Shown here: one piece after another, positions 29,967-40,219 of the stretch
Layout: each line of letters begins with the position of its first letter
How positions within the stretch are numbered: the stretch's first letter is position 1
Assembly (NCBI GenBank): GCA_020854835.1
Contig: JAHKLX010000007.1
Coordinates: forward strand, 36,044 to 100,043
DNA: 64,000 nt
Direction: 5' to 3'
Origin: Candidatus Micrarchaeota archaeon
Lineage (GTDB): Archaea; Micrarchaeota; Micrarchaeia; Anstonellales; JAGGVH01
Notes under the pieces: model-generated
What the model saw: only the letters and a program-made list of their open reading frames with translations
What the model was told of the DNA's origin: nothing
Databases searched by the model: none
Program-made: the position numbers and the translations under genes

Positions 29967-31478
29967 ATGGATGAAAAATTATATGACAAAATACTTGAAA
30001 TATCCCTAAAACGGTCGATATTTATTCCTGGCGCAGAAATATATAATTCTGTGGCAGGATTTTATGATTACGGCCCCATAGGAAAATTGATAAAAAACAA
30101 GATTGAAAATACTTGGAGAAAAATGTTTGTTAAAAAACACGGTTTTCATGAGATAGAATCTTCAACAATCTATCCAGAAATTGTTTTTAAGGCAAGCGGA
30201 CATGCAGAGCATTTTGCAGATCCTATTGCAACCTGTAAAAAATGTAAAGCAAAACATAGTGCAGACAAACTTCTTGCCGAAAACATAGGCGGAAATTATG
30301 AGGGGGTGCCCGAAGAAGAATTAACAAAATTAATAAAAGCAAATAATATCAAATGCTCCTTATGTAAAGGAGAACTTACTGATGTTGCAAAATTTGCTTT
30401 GATGTTTCAAACAACATACGGTGGCGATTCTTCGAATATTGCATATCTAAGGCCTGAAACTGCCCAAGGAATGTTCTTGAATTTTCCGAGAGTATTTGGA
30501 ACATATCAAAATAAGCTGCCGTTGGGGATAGCTCAAATTGGAAAAGCATATAGAAATGAAATCGCACCCCGTAGACTCTTAATAAGGCTCAGAGAGTTTA
30601 ATCAAATGGAACTTGAGTATTTTTTCAATCCTGAGATAGATAAAACAATTGAAGGGTATGAACAAATAAAAGACGAAAAGATTGAAATAATGGGTGCAGA
30701 CAAAACAAACATTGAAAAACTATCAGTGGAACAAGCAGTAGAGAAAAAATATATAACTAACAAAATTCATGGTTATCTTGTATTTTTAACAAAACAATTC
30801 TATGAAAAAATGGGAGTTAAAAATTATAGATTTAGACAGCTTAACGATAAAGAAAAAGCCCATTACGCAGTCGGGGCAGTGGATCTGGAAGTTGAAACAT
30901 CATTTGGGTGGACTGAATGTGTAAGTTTGGCAAATAGGGGGAATTATGATATAACATCTCACTCCAACACTAGTAAAAAAGATTTGAGCGTTTTTGATGA
31001 TAGAAATGGAAAAAAGATAGTCCCCCATGTCATTGAACCTTCTTTTGGTTTTGACAGGCTTTTTTGGTGTATTCTTGAATCAAGCTATAGACCTGCAAGC
31101 GATGAAAAAAAATGGGAATGGTTTGATTTGCCCATGTTTATCTCACCTTATCATGCTGCAATTTACCCTTTAGTTAAAAAAGAGCTTTTACAAAATATGG
31201 GAAAAACACTCTTGGAAGAATTAAGAGAAAAAGGATTAGATGTAATATATAAGGAAAGTGGCTCTATAGGGAGACGATATGCAAGAGCTGATGAGATAGG
31301 TGTTGCCTATTGTATAACAATTGATTTTGATTCAATTGAAAACAAAACAGTTACAATACGATTTAGAAATGATGGAGGGCAAATTCGAGTGCCATTAGAT
31401 AAAATTTATGATATGGTTTGTAAATTCACTGATAATGATGTTAGAACACTTGAAGATTTTGAAAAATGCCCCAGGTGA
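29967..31478 (+). CDS. glyS: Glycyl-tRNA synthetase (alpha2 type)
   Basis: GFYDYGP, LRPETAQG, GKAYRNEI, IEPSFG.DR, SIGRRYARADEIG; start set at MDEK. Confidence 0.97.
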   Translation: MDEKLYDKILEISLKRSIFIPGAEIYNSVAGFYDYGPIGKLIKNKIENTWRKMFVKKHGFHEIESSTIYPEIVFKASGHAEHFADPIATCKKCKAKHSADKLLAENIGGNYEGVPEEELTKLIKANNIKCSLCKGELTDVAKFALMFQTTYGGDSSNIAYLRPETAQGMFLNFPRVFGTYQNKLPLGIAQIGKAYRNEIAPRRLLIRLREFNQMELEYFFNPEIDKTIEGYEQIKDEKIEIMGADKTNIEKLSVEQAVEKKYITNKIHGYLVFLTKQFYEKMGVKNYRFRQLNDKEKAHYAVGAVDLEVETSFGWTECVSLANRGNYDITSHSNTSKKDLSVFDDRNGKKIVPHVIEPSFGFDRLFWCILESSYRPASDEKKWEWFDLPMFISPYHAAIYPLVKKELLQNMGKTLLEELREKGLDVIYKESGSIGRRYARADEIGVAYCITIDFDSIENKTVTIRFRNDGGQIRVPLDKIYDMVCKFTDNDVRTLEDFEKCPR

Positions 31479-31484
31479 GGTAAA

Positions 31485-32195
31485 ATGGATTTTAACATAA
31501 GAAAGATGGTTGAATATCCCTCATGGAAAGAAATGCTTTTAGATTTAGTTACAAAACAGGAGCTCAATCCCTGGGATATAGATATCAATGCTTTATCTGA
31601 GAGTTTTGTTGAAGAAATAAAAAAAATGCAAAGAATTGATTTTCATATGCCTGCAAATTTAATTTTGGCAGCATCCATACTACTTAGGTTTAAATCATAC
31701 AGACTTGAATTTGAACCAGATATAATTGCCGAAGATGAAGTCTATATTGAGGATGACGGTCCGGTTGAAGTCACTATGTTAGAGCTCCACAAGCGCCTTC
31801 CTAGAAAAAGGCCTGTAACACTTAATGAGTTGCTGGTAGCAATGGATCAAGTTTTCAAAAAAGAAGAGGAAAGAGCAGTGATACTCGCTGAACGAAGAGC
31901 TCGCGAAGCAAGCAAAAAACCATATAAAAAAATGGTTGTTCAGGTTTCAAAATATGATATTGAAAAAGAACAAGAAAGAACACTTGAACTTATTAAACAA
32001 AATGTTGATGATAAAAAACTCATTACGTTTTCTCATCTTAAAGAATTGAGAAAAGATGACTCAGCAGTTTATACACTTCTTCCTTTATTATACATATATC
32101 AAAAAGGTATGATTGATATTAAACAAAAAACAATGTTTAATGAGATAATAATACAGCATACGGGTGATTTAAATGGAAAAATTAGCAATACTTGA
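31485..32195 (+). CDS. scpA: Segregation/condensation kleisin ScpA
   Basis: LNPWDIDI, AASILLRFKS, VTLNELL. Confidence 0.9.
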   Translation: MDFNIRKMVEYPSWKEMLLDLVTKQELNPWDIDINALSESFVEEIKKMQRIDFHMPANLILAASILLRFKSYRLEFEPDIIAEDEVYIEDDGPVEVTMLELHKRLPRKRPVTLNELLVAMDQVFKKEEERAVILAERRAREASKKPYKKMVVQVSKYDIEKEQERTLELIKQNVDDKKLITFSHLKELRKDDSAVYTLLPLLYIYQKGMIDIKQKTMFNEIIIQHTGDLNGKISNT

Positions 32196-32631
32196 AGCCA
32201 TGCTTTTTATGTCCCCAAACCCTGTTTCAAACAGAAAACTTATGAAAGCAGTTGGAGAGCATAACAGCAATAAAATAAAATCAATGGTTGAAGAACTCAA
32301 TAAAATATATGAAGAAAGAAACAGCCCAATTAGAATATTTGAAAAAGAAGATGGCTATATTATGAATATTTTTCCAAAATATGCTGAATATGTTAAATCT
32401 TTTGCTTTGGAAACTGAAATAACAAAAGGTGAAACTCGGGTTTTAGGATATATTGCAAAACATAAAGGAATATTGAAATCAACCGTAGTTAAGAGGCTTG
32501 GCCCAGTTTATGAAAAAATAAAATCCTTGGAAGAAAAAGGTTTTGTAAAAGAAGAGCCAGATGGTAGAAGCTCAAAATTATTCACAACAAAAAAATTCAA
32601 AGATTATTTTGGGGATATGAAAGATTTGTGA
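32173..32631 (+). CDS. scpB: SMC-Scp complex subunit ScpB
   Basis: LEAMLFMS..PV, LGYIA, TTKKFKDYFG; follows scpA. Confidence 0.9.
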   Translation: MEKLAILEAMLFMSPNPVSNRKLMKAVGEHNSNKIKSMVEELNKIYEERNSPIRIFEKEDGYIMNIFPKYAEYVKSFALETEITKGETRVLGYIAKHKGILKSTVVKRLGPVYEKIKSLEEKGFVKEEPDGRSSKLFTTKKFKDYFGDMKDL

Positions 32632-32861
32632 TATTCGCATATTAAATTCTGATTGTGTTTAGTGTAAAAAAAATTAACAAACAAATTAGTATCTAATATT
32701 AATAAATAAAGTGAGTATATTGGAAGTGTTTAAATCCTGCAATATAACTAGTGTAAATATTTGCCAAAAATTTATTCTTTTTTAGTAAGATATTTATAAT
32801 TAATGCTCACGCTAATTAAAAAATTTATAAAAAATAAAAAAAAGAAAAAAAGAGAGAAAAT

Positions 32862-35675
32862 TTAATTCTCTACTAATTGGCTTATGAAATCATTTGCAGC
32901 TTGGAGTGTATCTGCAGCTTCTTTACCAGCGACAACTATGCTACTTGTGCCTTCAACTTCCATGATTACTGGTGCTTTGTCGAAGTCATAAGTTACGCCA
33001 GTTAAGAGTTGTTGGGTTACAGTATTGACTACTGGACCACCAACTGAGATAACACTTGCAGAGCCTGCGTTTGAATCCATGACAATCAAATTGTTTGGAT
33101 TGACTGCACCTGGAACAGCTTGTTTAACGGTTAAAGTTGATTGTCCGTTAATTGTAGCAACTGCATCATTTTGGAATACACAGTTTGCTGCACCGCCAGT
33201 TCCTACGCCGCATGATGTTAAGATTTGGTCAATTTCAACAACTTCGATTGTAACGCCGCCTTTGACTGTGCTTTCTCCTTCTCTCAAAGTTTCTTGTGTT
33301 GAGTGAGGATCAGCTGCGCCTTCTAATGTTGAGAAACTGAATTGCATCATACCGACACGTTTTGCAATGTCGAAAACAACATCAGAACCAGTTCTTGTAA
33401 AGGTTTTTATTTCAGAGCCTCTGTCAGTGATTAATTCACCTTGGCCGAATGATCCTTCATTAACTGTTCTTGCTGCTAATGGTGCTACGCCATCATCGTT
33501 GTGTACTGCATAGTAGATTATTTCATCATCATCAATGTCGTCCCATGTTGGGCCGAATTCTTCATCAGAAACATTGAAAGCAAATGATAAAATATCCATT
33601 GCATTGTCGTTGATAACTTTACCAGCGTTTTCAGTTACGTTGATGAGTACGTAATCCATTGGATCAGTGACATCTCCGCCACTCAATTCAAAATCATCGA
33701 ATGCCAATGTGATCATTCCATCAGAGCCTGCAGTTTTGTAGGGAATTTCAACTACTACATCTGTATCAGTGTGATTTTCACCAGGTGAGTAATATCTCCA
33801 GCAACTTTGTGAGCTGGTTTCATACCACATGTAGATTTCACCGATACGGCCTGCGTTTTCAGTTGATTCGAGATTTGCATCTGTAATGTTTTCTCCACCA
33901 GTAACTACAAAGATTTTGTTTGTTGCGGTTGTTGCACCATTGCTTAAATGGCCTGTATATTCATCAACTGCAACTTTTCCTAATAGTCTCTGACTGGATG
34001 TTCCAGATTCAATGTAGAAACCTGAAACTGTTTTGGCATTTGGTCTACTGTCGTCACAGAAATTGAATGATCTAACATTGCTTTTGTAAGAGAATGTTAA
34101 TGGTTCATAGTCATCAGCAGTTAAGTCTAATCCATGGTAGGTCAAAGCATATACTTGGTTTTTGTCCTCATAAAGAAGAGGTACTGTGTCACCTTCATAC
34201 AACTCAATATCGTTTCTACCATATTTAGTTGAATAGAAGATAATGCTTCTCAATGAATCAGGATCAGATCTGTCTTCTGTTGCGTCTTTGTTTTTCCAAA
34301 TAAGTGCAGCTGTCCATTCTTTGTTGTCATTTGTAGTATGCAATATTTTGTTATCTTGTAATTTCCATAATTCTGCTAAAATGGAAACTTCTGCCCATCT
34401 TTGGAACAATTCATAACCATAGGTTGTATGATAGACTTTTACTCTGGTTGTATCATCAGTACCAGGAACGTCCCATTCTTCAATGCCATCAAAACAACCA
34501 ACACAATCGCTTGGGCCATCACAATCGCTTGGGAAGATTTTCTTGATGTTTGCATCTTGGTATTCGAGAGGTTCGCCTGTTGTTGAGTCAACAATATCAA
34601 ACAAAGCTGCATGGCAGTTACCTGCTGTTTCAGCAACACCGATATCTGTCAATTTAAGTTCATAACCTGCACTTAAACCGATTGTGTCGCCTAATTGCAT
34701 GATTTTTCTGTCTGATTCTTTTGCCAAAGTAACTGAACCGCCAGAGCATCTAAATTCATTTTGTGTTAGATTGCATTGGGCGATTGAAGAGCCGACTTCA
34801 GGAGCAACCATTTTTGTGATTATCCATTCTTCACCTAAAACTTCAATTTTAACTCTTTTTTCTCCAGTTTTGTCTTTGCCAGCAGGACAGCCAGTCCAGT
34901 CGTCATTAACAGGATTTGCTGCACAAACAGGGATACCATAATCAGTACCATAGAAATGTACACCATATGCCAAAGAATCTATCACAGTGATTAATTCATA
35001 TTCAGATGTGTCGAATTCTGTGCTTCCCACAACATATGCTGCAGTTTTTTGTGTGTAAGTCTTTGATGCTCTTGATGCAGGATAGGAAATTGTATAATCT
35101 CTGAATGGAGAGAATGCAACACCATCAATTCTCAAGATAGCTTCTTCATCTAAATGATTGTTGCTAACAAATGTGTCACTTCCATCTGTCCAAGGATTTG
35201 CATATTCCCATCTCTCATCGCCATCTTCAAAATCGAACATATCTTCTGTTTGATTGTCAACTCTGTTAGTTAAATAGTTGTCTAAATAATCGTGGATATT
35301 TGCTTCAAATTCATACGCTCCTGACAAGCCTGGGGCTGTAAATTTCAATGTTACCCATTTGTCAATTACGTCGCACTCACCGCCGACTGCTTCGCCTTCG
35401 CCTGCTGCAGCACATGTTCCGCCAGAGACTGTTGGTGTATAAGTCTTGGTTTGATATGTTGCGCTTGCGATTCTTGCTGCGATTCTTGCAGCTGCTACGC
35501 CGTCAGATGCTGCTGCATTTGTACCAACAACAACACTTACTCTTGGTGCTCCTGTATCATCTACTAATGGAGTAGTACCAAAAGTCAATGCTGCCATAGC
35601 TACGCCAGATACTGCTAACAATGCAGCGCCGGCAACAGCAGCGATTTTTTTTACATTCATGCTTTTCACATACAT
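32862..35675 (-). CDS. S-layer protein
   Basis: KKIAAVAG signal, VVVGTNAAASDGVAAARIA N-domain, SVGGPVVN...VVAGKEAADT C-domain, acidic; start ATG 35675 or GTG 35669 after AGGTGA. Confidence 0.9.
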   Translation of the reverse strand: MYVKSMNVKKIAAVAGAALLAVSGVAMAALTFGTTPLVDDTGAPRVSVVVGTNAAASDGVAAARIAARIASATYQTKTYTPTVSGGTCAAAGEGEAVGGECDVIDKWVTLKFTAPGLSGAYEFEANIHDYLDNYLTNRVDNQTEDMFDFEDGDERWEYANPWTDGSDTFVSNNHLDEEAILRIDGVAFSPFRDYTISYPASRASKTYTQKTAAYVVGSTEFDTSEYELITVIDSLAYGVHFYGTDYGIPVCAANPVNDDWTGCPAGKDKTGEKRVKIEVLGEEWIITKMVAPEVGSSIAQCNLTQNEFRCSGGSVTLAKESDRKIMQLGDTIGLSAGYELKLTDIGVAETAGNCHAALFDIVDSTTGEPLEYQDANIKKIFPSDCDGPSDCVGCFDGIEEWDVPGTDDTTRVKVYHTTYGYELFQRWAEVSILAELWKLQDNKILHTTNDNKEWTAALIWKNKDATEDRSDPDSLRSIIFYSTKYGRNDIELYEGDTVPLLYEDKNQVYALTYHGLDLTADDYEPLTFSYKSNVRSFNFCDDSRPNAKTVSGFYIESGTSSQRLLGKVAVDEYTGHLSNGATTATNKIFVVTGGENITDANLESTENAGRIGEIYMWYETSSQSCWRYYSPGENHTDTDVVVEIPYKTAGSDGMITLAFDDFELSGGDVTDPMDYVLINVTENAGKVINDNAMDILSFAFNVSDEEFGPTWDDIDDDEIIYYAVHNDDGVAPLAARTVNEGSFGQGELITDRGSEIKTFTRTGSDVVFDIAKRVGMMQFSFSTLEGAADPHSTQETLREGESTVKGGVTIEVVEIDQILTSCGVGTGGAANCVFQNDAVATINGQSTLTVKQAVPGAVNPNNLIVMDSNAGSASVISVGGPVVNTVTQQLLTGVTYDFDKAPVIMEVEGTSSIVVAGKEAADTLQAANDFISQLVEN

Positions 35676-35784
35676 CACCTCAAATCTTTGCCCCCTATGA
35701 AGCATAATAGGCTAAAGGGGGGCTCTTCTTTTATATTCAAACAGATGATTAAATCCGTTTGTTAATGGGACTTCTTGCGTAAGA

Positions 35785-35836
35785 TTTATAAACTTTTCCA
35801 AGTTTGTTAAACTTTTGTTTATAAATAAAAGTTTAA
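35785..35836 (-). promoter_or_regulatory. S-layer promoter (GAAAAG-TTTATAAA) with upstream 30-bp palindrome
   Basis: BRE/TATA on minus strand at 35785-35798; TTAAACTTTT-G-TTTATAAA-T-AAAAGTTTAA at 35807-35836. Confidence 0.55.
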
Positions 35837-35950
35837 ATTTCGTCAATTCCACACATACTGTTTTGAATTGTTTGAAGTATGCCATAATACTCCATTTATT
35901 ACAATTAATAGTATTATTTATAATTTGATTCACCATATAACATCTTTCCT

Positions 35951-37105
35951 TCAGCTTACGATTTCAGCATATCCCTTACACATTAGATATAATCCATAAC
36001 AAATAGGAAGCTCTGCTTCCCCCATATTTAATTCATCATAGTTAGTTCCTTTTATATTAAATACAGGAACCTTTTTAAGTATATTTACTTTAACGTTTTC
36101 GCTGTCAGTGAACGCTACTGCGTGTATTAACGGATCGAACTTGTCAATAAACTTATAATCAAACTCCTTAGCACACAAAGAACTGCCACTGTGAATGGTG
36201 TCAGGAATTCGTAAAACCTTGGTTGTGTCAATTGTAACATTGACATCAGTTGGCTCGCCAACCATGACTGCACTATAATTAACAAGATCTTTCCAAACCT
36301 CTTCTTTTTTAGCAACCTTTACTTTGTCCCAATGACCTTCTTCAACACCCTGTTTAAATTTTTCAAGCTTTGGTTTTGACCTTAATTCCTTGGGCAGTAT
36401 ATCTGATTTGTGATCCTGCTTCATTAAAATACGAGCTATTCTTCCTGCCCATCCAAAATCATCAGGCCGAGGACCTTTAGAAATTATTGTTATTGGACGG
36501 CCCAACTCATGGATTTGTTTTTGTTGGATTTCAAAGAAATTTTCAAATTTCAATCCTCTGCCTGCTATATAATCAACAATCTCACGTCGTTCCTTAGAAG
36601 AAAGATTTTTAACCGAATTGTCATAAACTCTTATGTGGTATCCTCGGTTTCCAGAAAAGTTTATTGAAATATTATCTTTGTTGAATCCAAAATCAGGTAT
36701 TAGAAAGTCATCTACCAATTTCAATGCGATTTCTTTAACCTTTTCAAAAGCAAGCGGATGCATTAAGCTATGATATTCTTTGTACTGGTTTTTTGGATCC
36801 CATTCTTCAGGATGGAGATCCAAATCAAAAACCAGATCTGCACCCTGCCAAACCTTGCTGGCCATAGGTCTTGCGTCCGGTTTGTCATAATATGCAGATG
36901 ATGCAGAAACATAAAACGGAACTGTGTTCCTTAAAAAATCATTGAATTCTTGATTGTTTTTAAACCCTAGATGTCTTACTGCTATTTTCTGCTCTAAAGT
37001 TCCATATCCTACTTCTCTGGCACCAATATCTCGAGGATTAACACTAACTGAATCATAATATTGTTTTATCATATGCTTTAAATATTGCTGTGATTTTTCA
37101 TTCAT
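35951..37105 (-). CDS. priS: DNA primase catalytic subunit
   Basis: GADLVFDLD, FSGNRGYH, D..VTID...LRIP..IH. Confidence 0.95.
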   Translation of the reverse strand: MNEKSQQYLKHMIKQYYDSVSVNPRDIGAREVGYGTLEQKIAVRHLGFKNNQEFNDFLRNTVPFYVSASSAYYDKPDARPMASKVWQGADLVFDLDLHPEEWDPKNQYKEYHSLMHPLAFEKVKEIALKLVDDFLIPDFGFNKDNISINFSGNRGYHIRVYDNSVKNLSSKERREIVDYIAGRGLKFENFFEIQQKQIHELGRPITIISKGPRPDDFGWAGRIARILMKQDHKSDILPKELRSKPKLEKFKQGVEEGHWDKVKVAKKEEVWKDLVNYSAVMVGEPTDVNVTIDTTKVLRIPDTIHSGSSLCAKEFDYKFIDKFDPLIHAVAFTDSENVKVNILKKVPVFNIKGTNYDELNMGEAELPICYGLYLMCKGYAEIVS

Positions 37106-37986
37106 TTTTTCTTACCCCTATAACTCACAGGAGATTTAATTCTGCAATCGGCAACGCATATCCCTTGGGATTTTAAAGATTCACAAGATGGAACTGAATA
37201 ATTTTTTTCTATCATGTAATTAATATGATAAGTAGTAAGCTTTGGCTCAAAATTAGGAGTGCGAGAGAATAGAGATATGAGTGCATCTTCAGACCATCCT
37301 GCTTTGTTTAAATAAACAGCTATGGTCCATCTTGCCATATGTGGAACATTCTCTCCTTTATTTAGTTTATCTATTATCTCCTGCATGCACGGAGCCATAT
37401 CAGTTATTTTTGAAACTTTGAATTCTGATTTCATAGGTATGCTCGCCATAACAGTTTCAGCTGCTTTTTTTGCTTTATCGTTTTTGATTTTTGGAAGCGT
37501 TTCAATAAAAGTTCTTTCAAGATGTTTTTGAATAACATCCCAAATATCTTGTTCAGATAAATAAACAACACCTTGCTGCACAGGTTTGTTTACAAGTTTG
37601 TGATCATAGGGCAAATCTGCGAGATAATCCGCAACTGCCATTTTATTGTCTTTTATTTTGAGATTTAAAAGCTGTATTGCTTTTTCTACGTCGCTTTCTT
37701 GTTTAAGTGTTGAAACCCACAATTTGGAAAAAGTTCGAGATATCCTATTAGAGAAACTGTAATTCATTTGGGAGGTTATAAGCCTTATGACAGGGTAAAG
37801 AATAAGATCTTCTCTTGCCTGAATGTCTGATATATATTTTATAGTTGAAGGCTCTCGCATTAATAAATAAATTAATTTTTCCTGTGCTTTGTGAAGGAGC
37901 TCGTCTGAAAATTGAGGATTGATCTCTTTTATAGTATTTTTAGCCTCATCAGTATAAGGATGTTTTGCCAACCATTCAAAATCCAT
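37102..37986 (-). CDS. priL: DNA primase large subunit
   Basis: APCM...GENVPHMAR...PSCESL...C..C Fe-S domain; overlaps priS start. Confidence 0.92.
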   Translation of the reverse strand: MDFEWLAKHPYTDEAKNTIKEINPQFSDELLHKAQEKLIYLLMREPSTIKYISDIQAREDLILYPVIRLITSQMNYSFSNRISRTFSKLWVSTLKQESDVEKAIQLLNLKIKDNKMAVADYLADLPYDHKLVNKPVQQGVVYLSEQDIWDVIQKHLERTFIETLPKIKNDKAKKAAETVMASIPMKSEFKVSKITDMAPCMQEIIDKLNKGENVPHMARWTIAVYLNKAGWSEDALISLFSRTPNFEPKLTTYHINYMIEKNYSVPSCESLKSQGICVADCRIKSPVSYRGKKK

Positions 37987-38023
37987 AAAGTATTGTTAAT
38001 AAGGGATACTTTAAAATATTTAT

Positions 38024-38087
38024 TATTGTATAAAAAAGGAGATTCAATGGAAAACTATTGTATAAAAAAGGAGATTCAATGGAAAAC
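38024..38087 (+). repeat. Perfect 32-bp tandem duplication over the flippase RBS/start
   Basis: TATTGTATAAAAAAGGAGATTCAATGGAAAAC at 38024-38055 and 38056-38087. Confidence 0.95.
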
Positions 38088-39983
38088 TTAACAAAAGATT
38101 TAACTATACTCTCAATTTTGATTTTGTTTTTTATATGTTCATCTCAATTTTTAACATCTGAAGAATTGCTTGCTCCCTTTTTAATTTTGGCAGTAGTTTT
38201 CTTTTGTTTGAAAGTTGATCCAAGATTTTTTGGAGTTTTAGCAATTGTATTGTTGGTGTTTTCTGCATTTAATCTGGCTTTGGTAGAAGATAAAGAATTT
38301 TCAAATTATCTGGCAATCGGCGCATATTATTCTCTGTGCGCTACAGTTGTGATGTTGCTGGCAAATGAAGTATTGAAAAGGAAAAACAGTTTGGAATTGG
38401 AAGAGATGATCCCTAAGCTTGATTTGAAACCAGAAAGAGAAACTAAATCTAAAAAAACAACCCATCCTCTCCAAATAGAAAATATGAAAACCAGGATTTT
38501 AAAATCAAAAAATTATGAACTTCTTAAGAAAATAAGCAATGAATATTTGGTCCCTTTGATAATCATAACAGGAATTTTGGGTTTGGGCTTTGCTTATTTT
38601 TATACCCTTAATCTGAAAAACCCTTATATTTACCCGGGAGCTGCCATAAAAATACTTTTTATTTTACTGCCTTTCATATGTGTAACCAGTGTTTTGTTCT
38701 CTGTTAGAATTTTTGAGTTGATTTCAAAGTCACTCAATAAAAAAATGTGGTCCAATGTATTTATTTTTTCGATATTAAGTCTTTTAGGGAATGTGTTCGT
38801 TTATTTTTATCATTTGATGGCTGCGAGAGAACTTTCGCCAACAGATTATGGTATATTGAATGCAGTTATGTTTGTTTTTATGCTCATTATGATGCTTTCT
38901 TCATCAATGGGGAAACTAGTTACTAAAGTGATTAGTGAGTTTCATGCTAAAAACCAAAAACAGCATATGAAACAAGTGTTGGTCTTGTTGTCTATTGTTA
39001 AAATAATTGTTGCTTTGTTTTTTGCAGTTATTTTGATTTTGGGGAAACAGTATATTCTTGATTATTTGCATATCGAATCTGATATAATAATTTGGTTTTT
39101 GGCAGCTGCCACAATATTTTCTGCTCTTTTAAACATACTGTCAACATACCTGCAAGGTGTTAAGTCATTTGTAAAAGCAGGGATTGGAACCTTTTTCAGT
39201 ACAGGGGGAAGATTCTTGTTTTTGATTTTAACACTTTATTTTGTAACTGCCACTATAGAAAATGTTTTTATATCGACTGTGCTTGCCTTAATATCTGGAA
39301 TGGTTATACTAGGAGTTATATCCTTTAAAGAAATAAAAGAGATTTTGAGTGTGAAGATTGAAAAGAAATTAGATATTGATTATAAAAAATACTTTGCTTC
39401 TTTTGTTTCTATTTTGATGCTTGCTTTTGGAAGTTATTTGCTTTTTGGACCAGAGGTAACTATTCTGACACATAGATTTGTTGGTGAGGAAATGGGGTTC
39501 TATTCAGTTGCTTCCAATCTTTCCAGGATTATAATTTACATTCTCTTGCCCGTAACTGCAGTTTTCTTTTCTTATTTCGCAAGCCAAAAAGATAAAGATG
39601 ATTTAAATTTAATTAAAAAATCTCTTTTAGCCATAGGTGGTTTTGGGTTTTTGATGTTTTTAGGATACGCACTTTTCCCAGAATTAATTATCTCAATTAT
39701 GTTCACAACAAAATATCTTGAAGCTCAAACTTATTTGCTTTTCTTGAGTGCCGCTGCAGTCATATACACACTAAATATATTATTGGTTAATTATCTGATA
39801 ACTAGAAACAATGTAATTGGGAGCTTCATTTTGGTTTTGAGCGGTGTTGGTTTAATGATTGAAATGAACTTTGTAACAGATATATATATGGGCAGTTTTT
39901 TTGTTTTGTTGAATAATATACTTTGTTTGATTGCTATTAGTGCGGTTGTGATAATAGAAATAATGAAAAAACAATTACCCTAA
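38079..39983 (+). CDS. Oligosaccharide flippase (Wzx/MOP family) with extra N-terminal membrane domain
   Basis: ARELSPTDYG, EEMGFYSVA motifs, many TM helices; start at second GGAG-ATG copy. Confidence 0.85.
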   Translation: MENLTKDLTILSILILFFICSSQFLTSEELLAPFLILAVVFFCLKVDPRFFGVLAIVLLVFSAFNLALVEDKEFSNYLAIGAYYSLCATVVMLLANEVLKRKNSLELEEMIPKLDLKPERETKSKKTTHPLQIENMKTRILKSKNYELLKKISNEYLVPLIIITGILGLGFAYFYTLNLKNPYIYPGAAIKILFILLPFICVTSVLFSVRIFELISKSLNKKMWSNVFIFSILSLLGNVFVYFYHLMAARELSPTDYGILNAVMFVFMLIMMLSSSMGKLVTKVISEFHAKNQKQHMKQVLVLLSIVKIIVALFFAVILILGKQYILDYLHIESDIIIWFLAAATIFSALLNILSTYLQGVKSFVKAGIGTFFSTGGRFLFLILTLYFVTATIENVFISTVLALISGMVILGVISFKEIKEILSVKIEKKLDIDYKKYFASFVSILMLAFGSYLLFGPEVTILTHRFVGEEMGFYSVASNLSRIIIYILLPVTAVFFSYFASQKDKDDLNLIKKSLLAIGGFGFLMFLGYALFPELIISIMFTTKYLEAQTYLLFLSAAAVIYTLNILLVNYLITRNNVIGSFILVLSGVGLMIEMNFVTDIYMGSFFVLLNNILCLIAISAVVIIEIMKKQLP

Positions 39984-40149
39984 TTCAGTGGAGAACAATA
40001 CTTTTCTGCAGGTGCAATAATTCCCCAAATGGCAAACGGCAAGTTTAGAAGCAACAAAATCAATGTTTACCTCTTGGTTTTCTATTTTCGATATTCCTAG
40101 AGTTATATGCAGGTATAACTACTGAAACTTTGATCTTTTCATCTCCCAC
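39980..40149 (-). pseudogene. Remnant of a GT2 glycosyltransferase gene
   Basis: 40149-40060 reads VGDEKIKVSVVIPAYNS...stop; SVVIPAYN is the GT2 N-terminal signature. Confidence 0.6.
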
Positions 40150-40219
40150 GCCAGTATAAACACTGTTAATGCTTAAAAATGTTGTGAATGAATATACTCA
40201 AAATAAAAAGGTGATTTAT

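Noticed and set aside
32632-32861. AT-rich 230-bp gap as possible replication origin
   Set aside because: No ORB-like repeats or cdc6 nearby; lies between convergent genes and contains T-tract terminators
34502-34533. 14-bp direct repeat CACAATCGCTTGGG in the S-layer gene
   Set aside because: In-frame micro-duplication encoding PSDC twice; no sign of an array or a diversity-generating element
35712-35936. 74-aa minus-strand ORF upstream of the S-layer gene
   Set aside because: Overlaps the S-layer promoter and leader; no recognisable protein features
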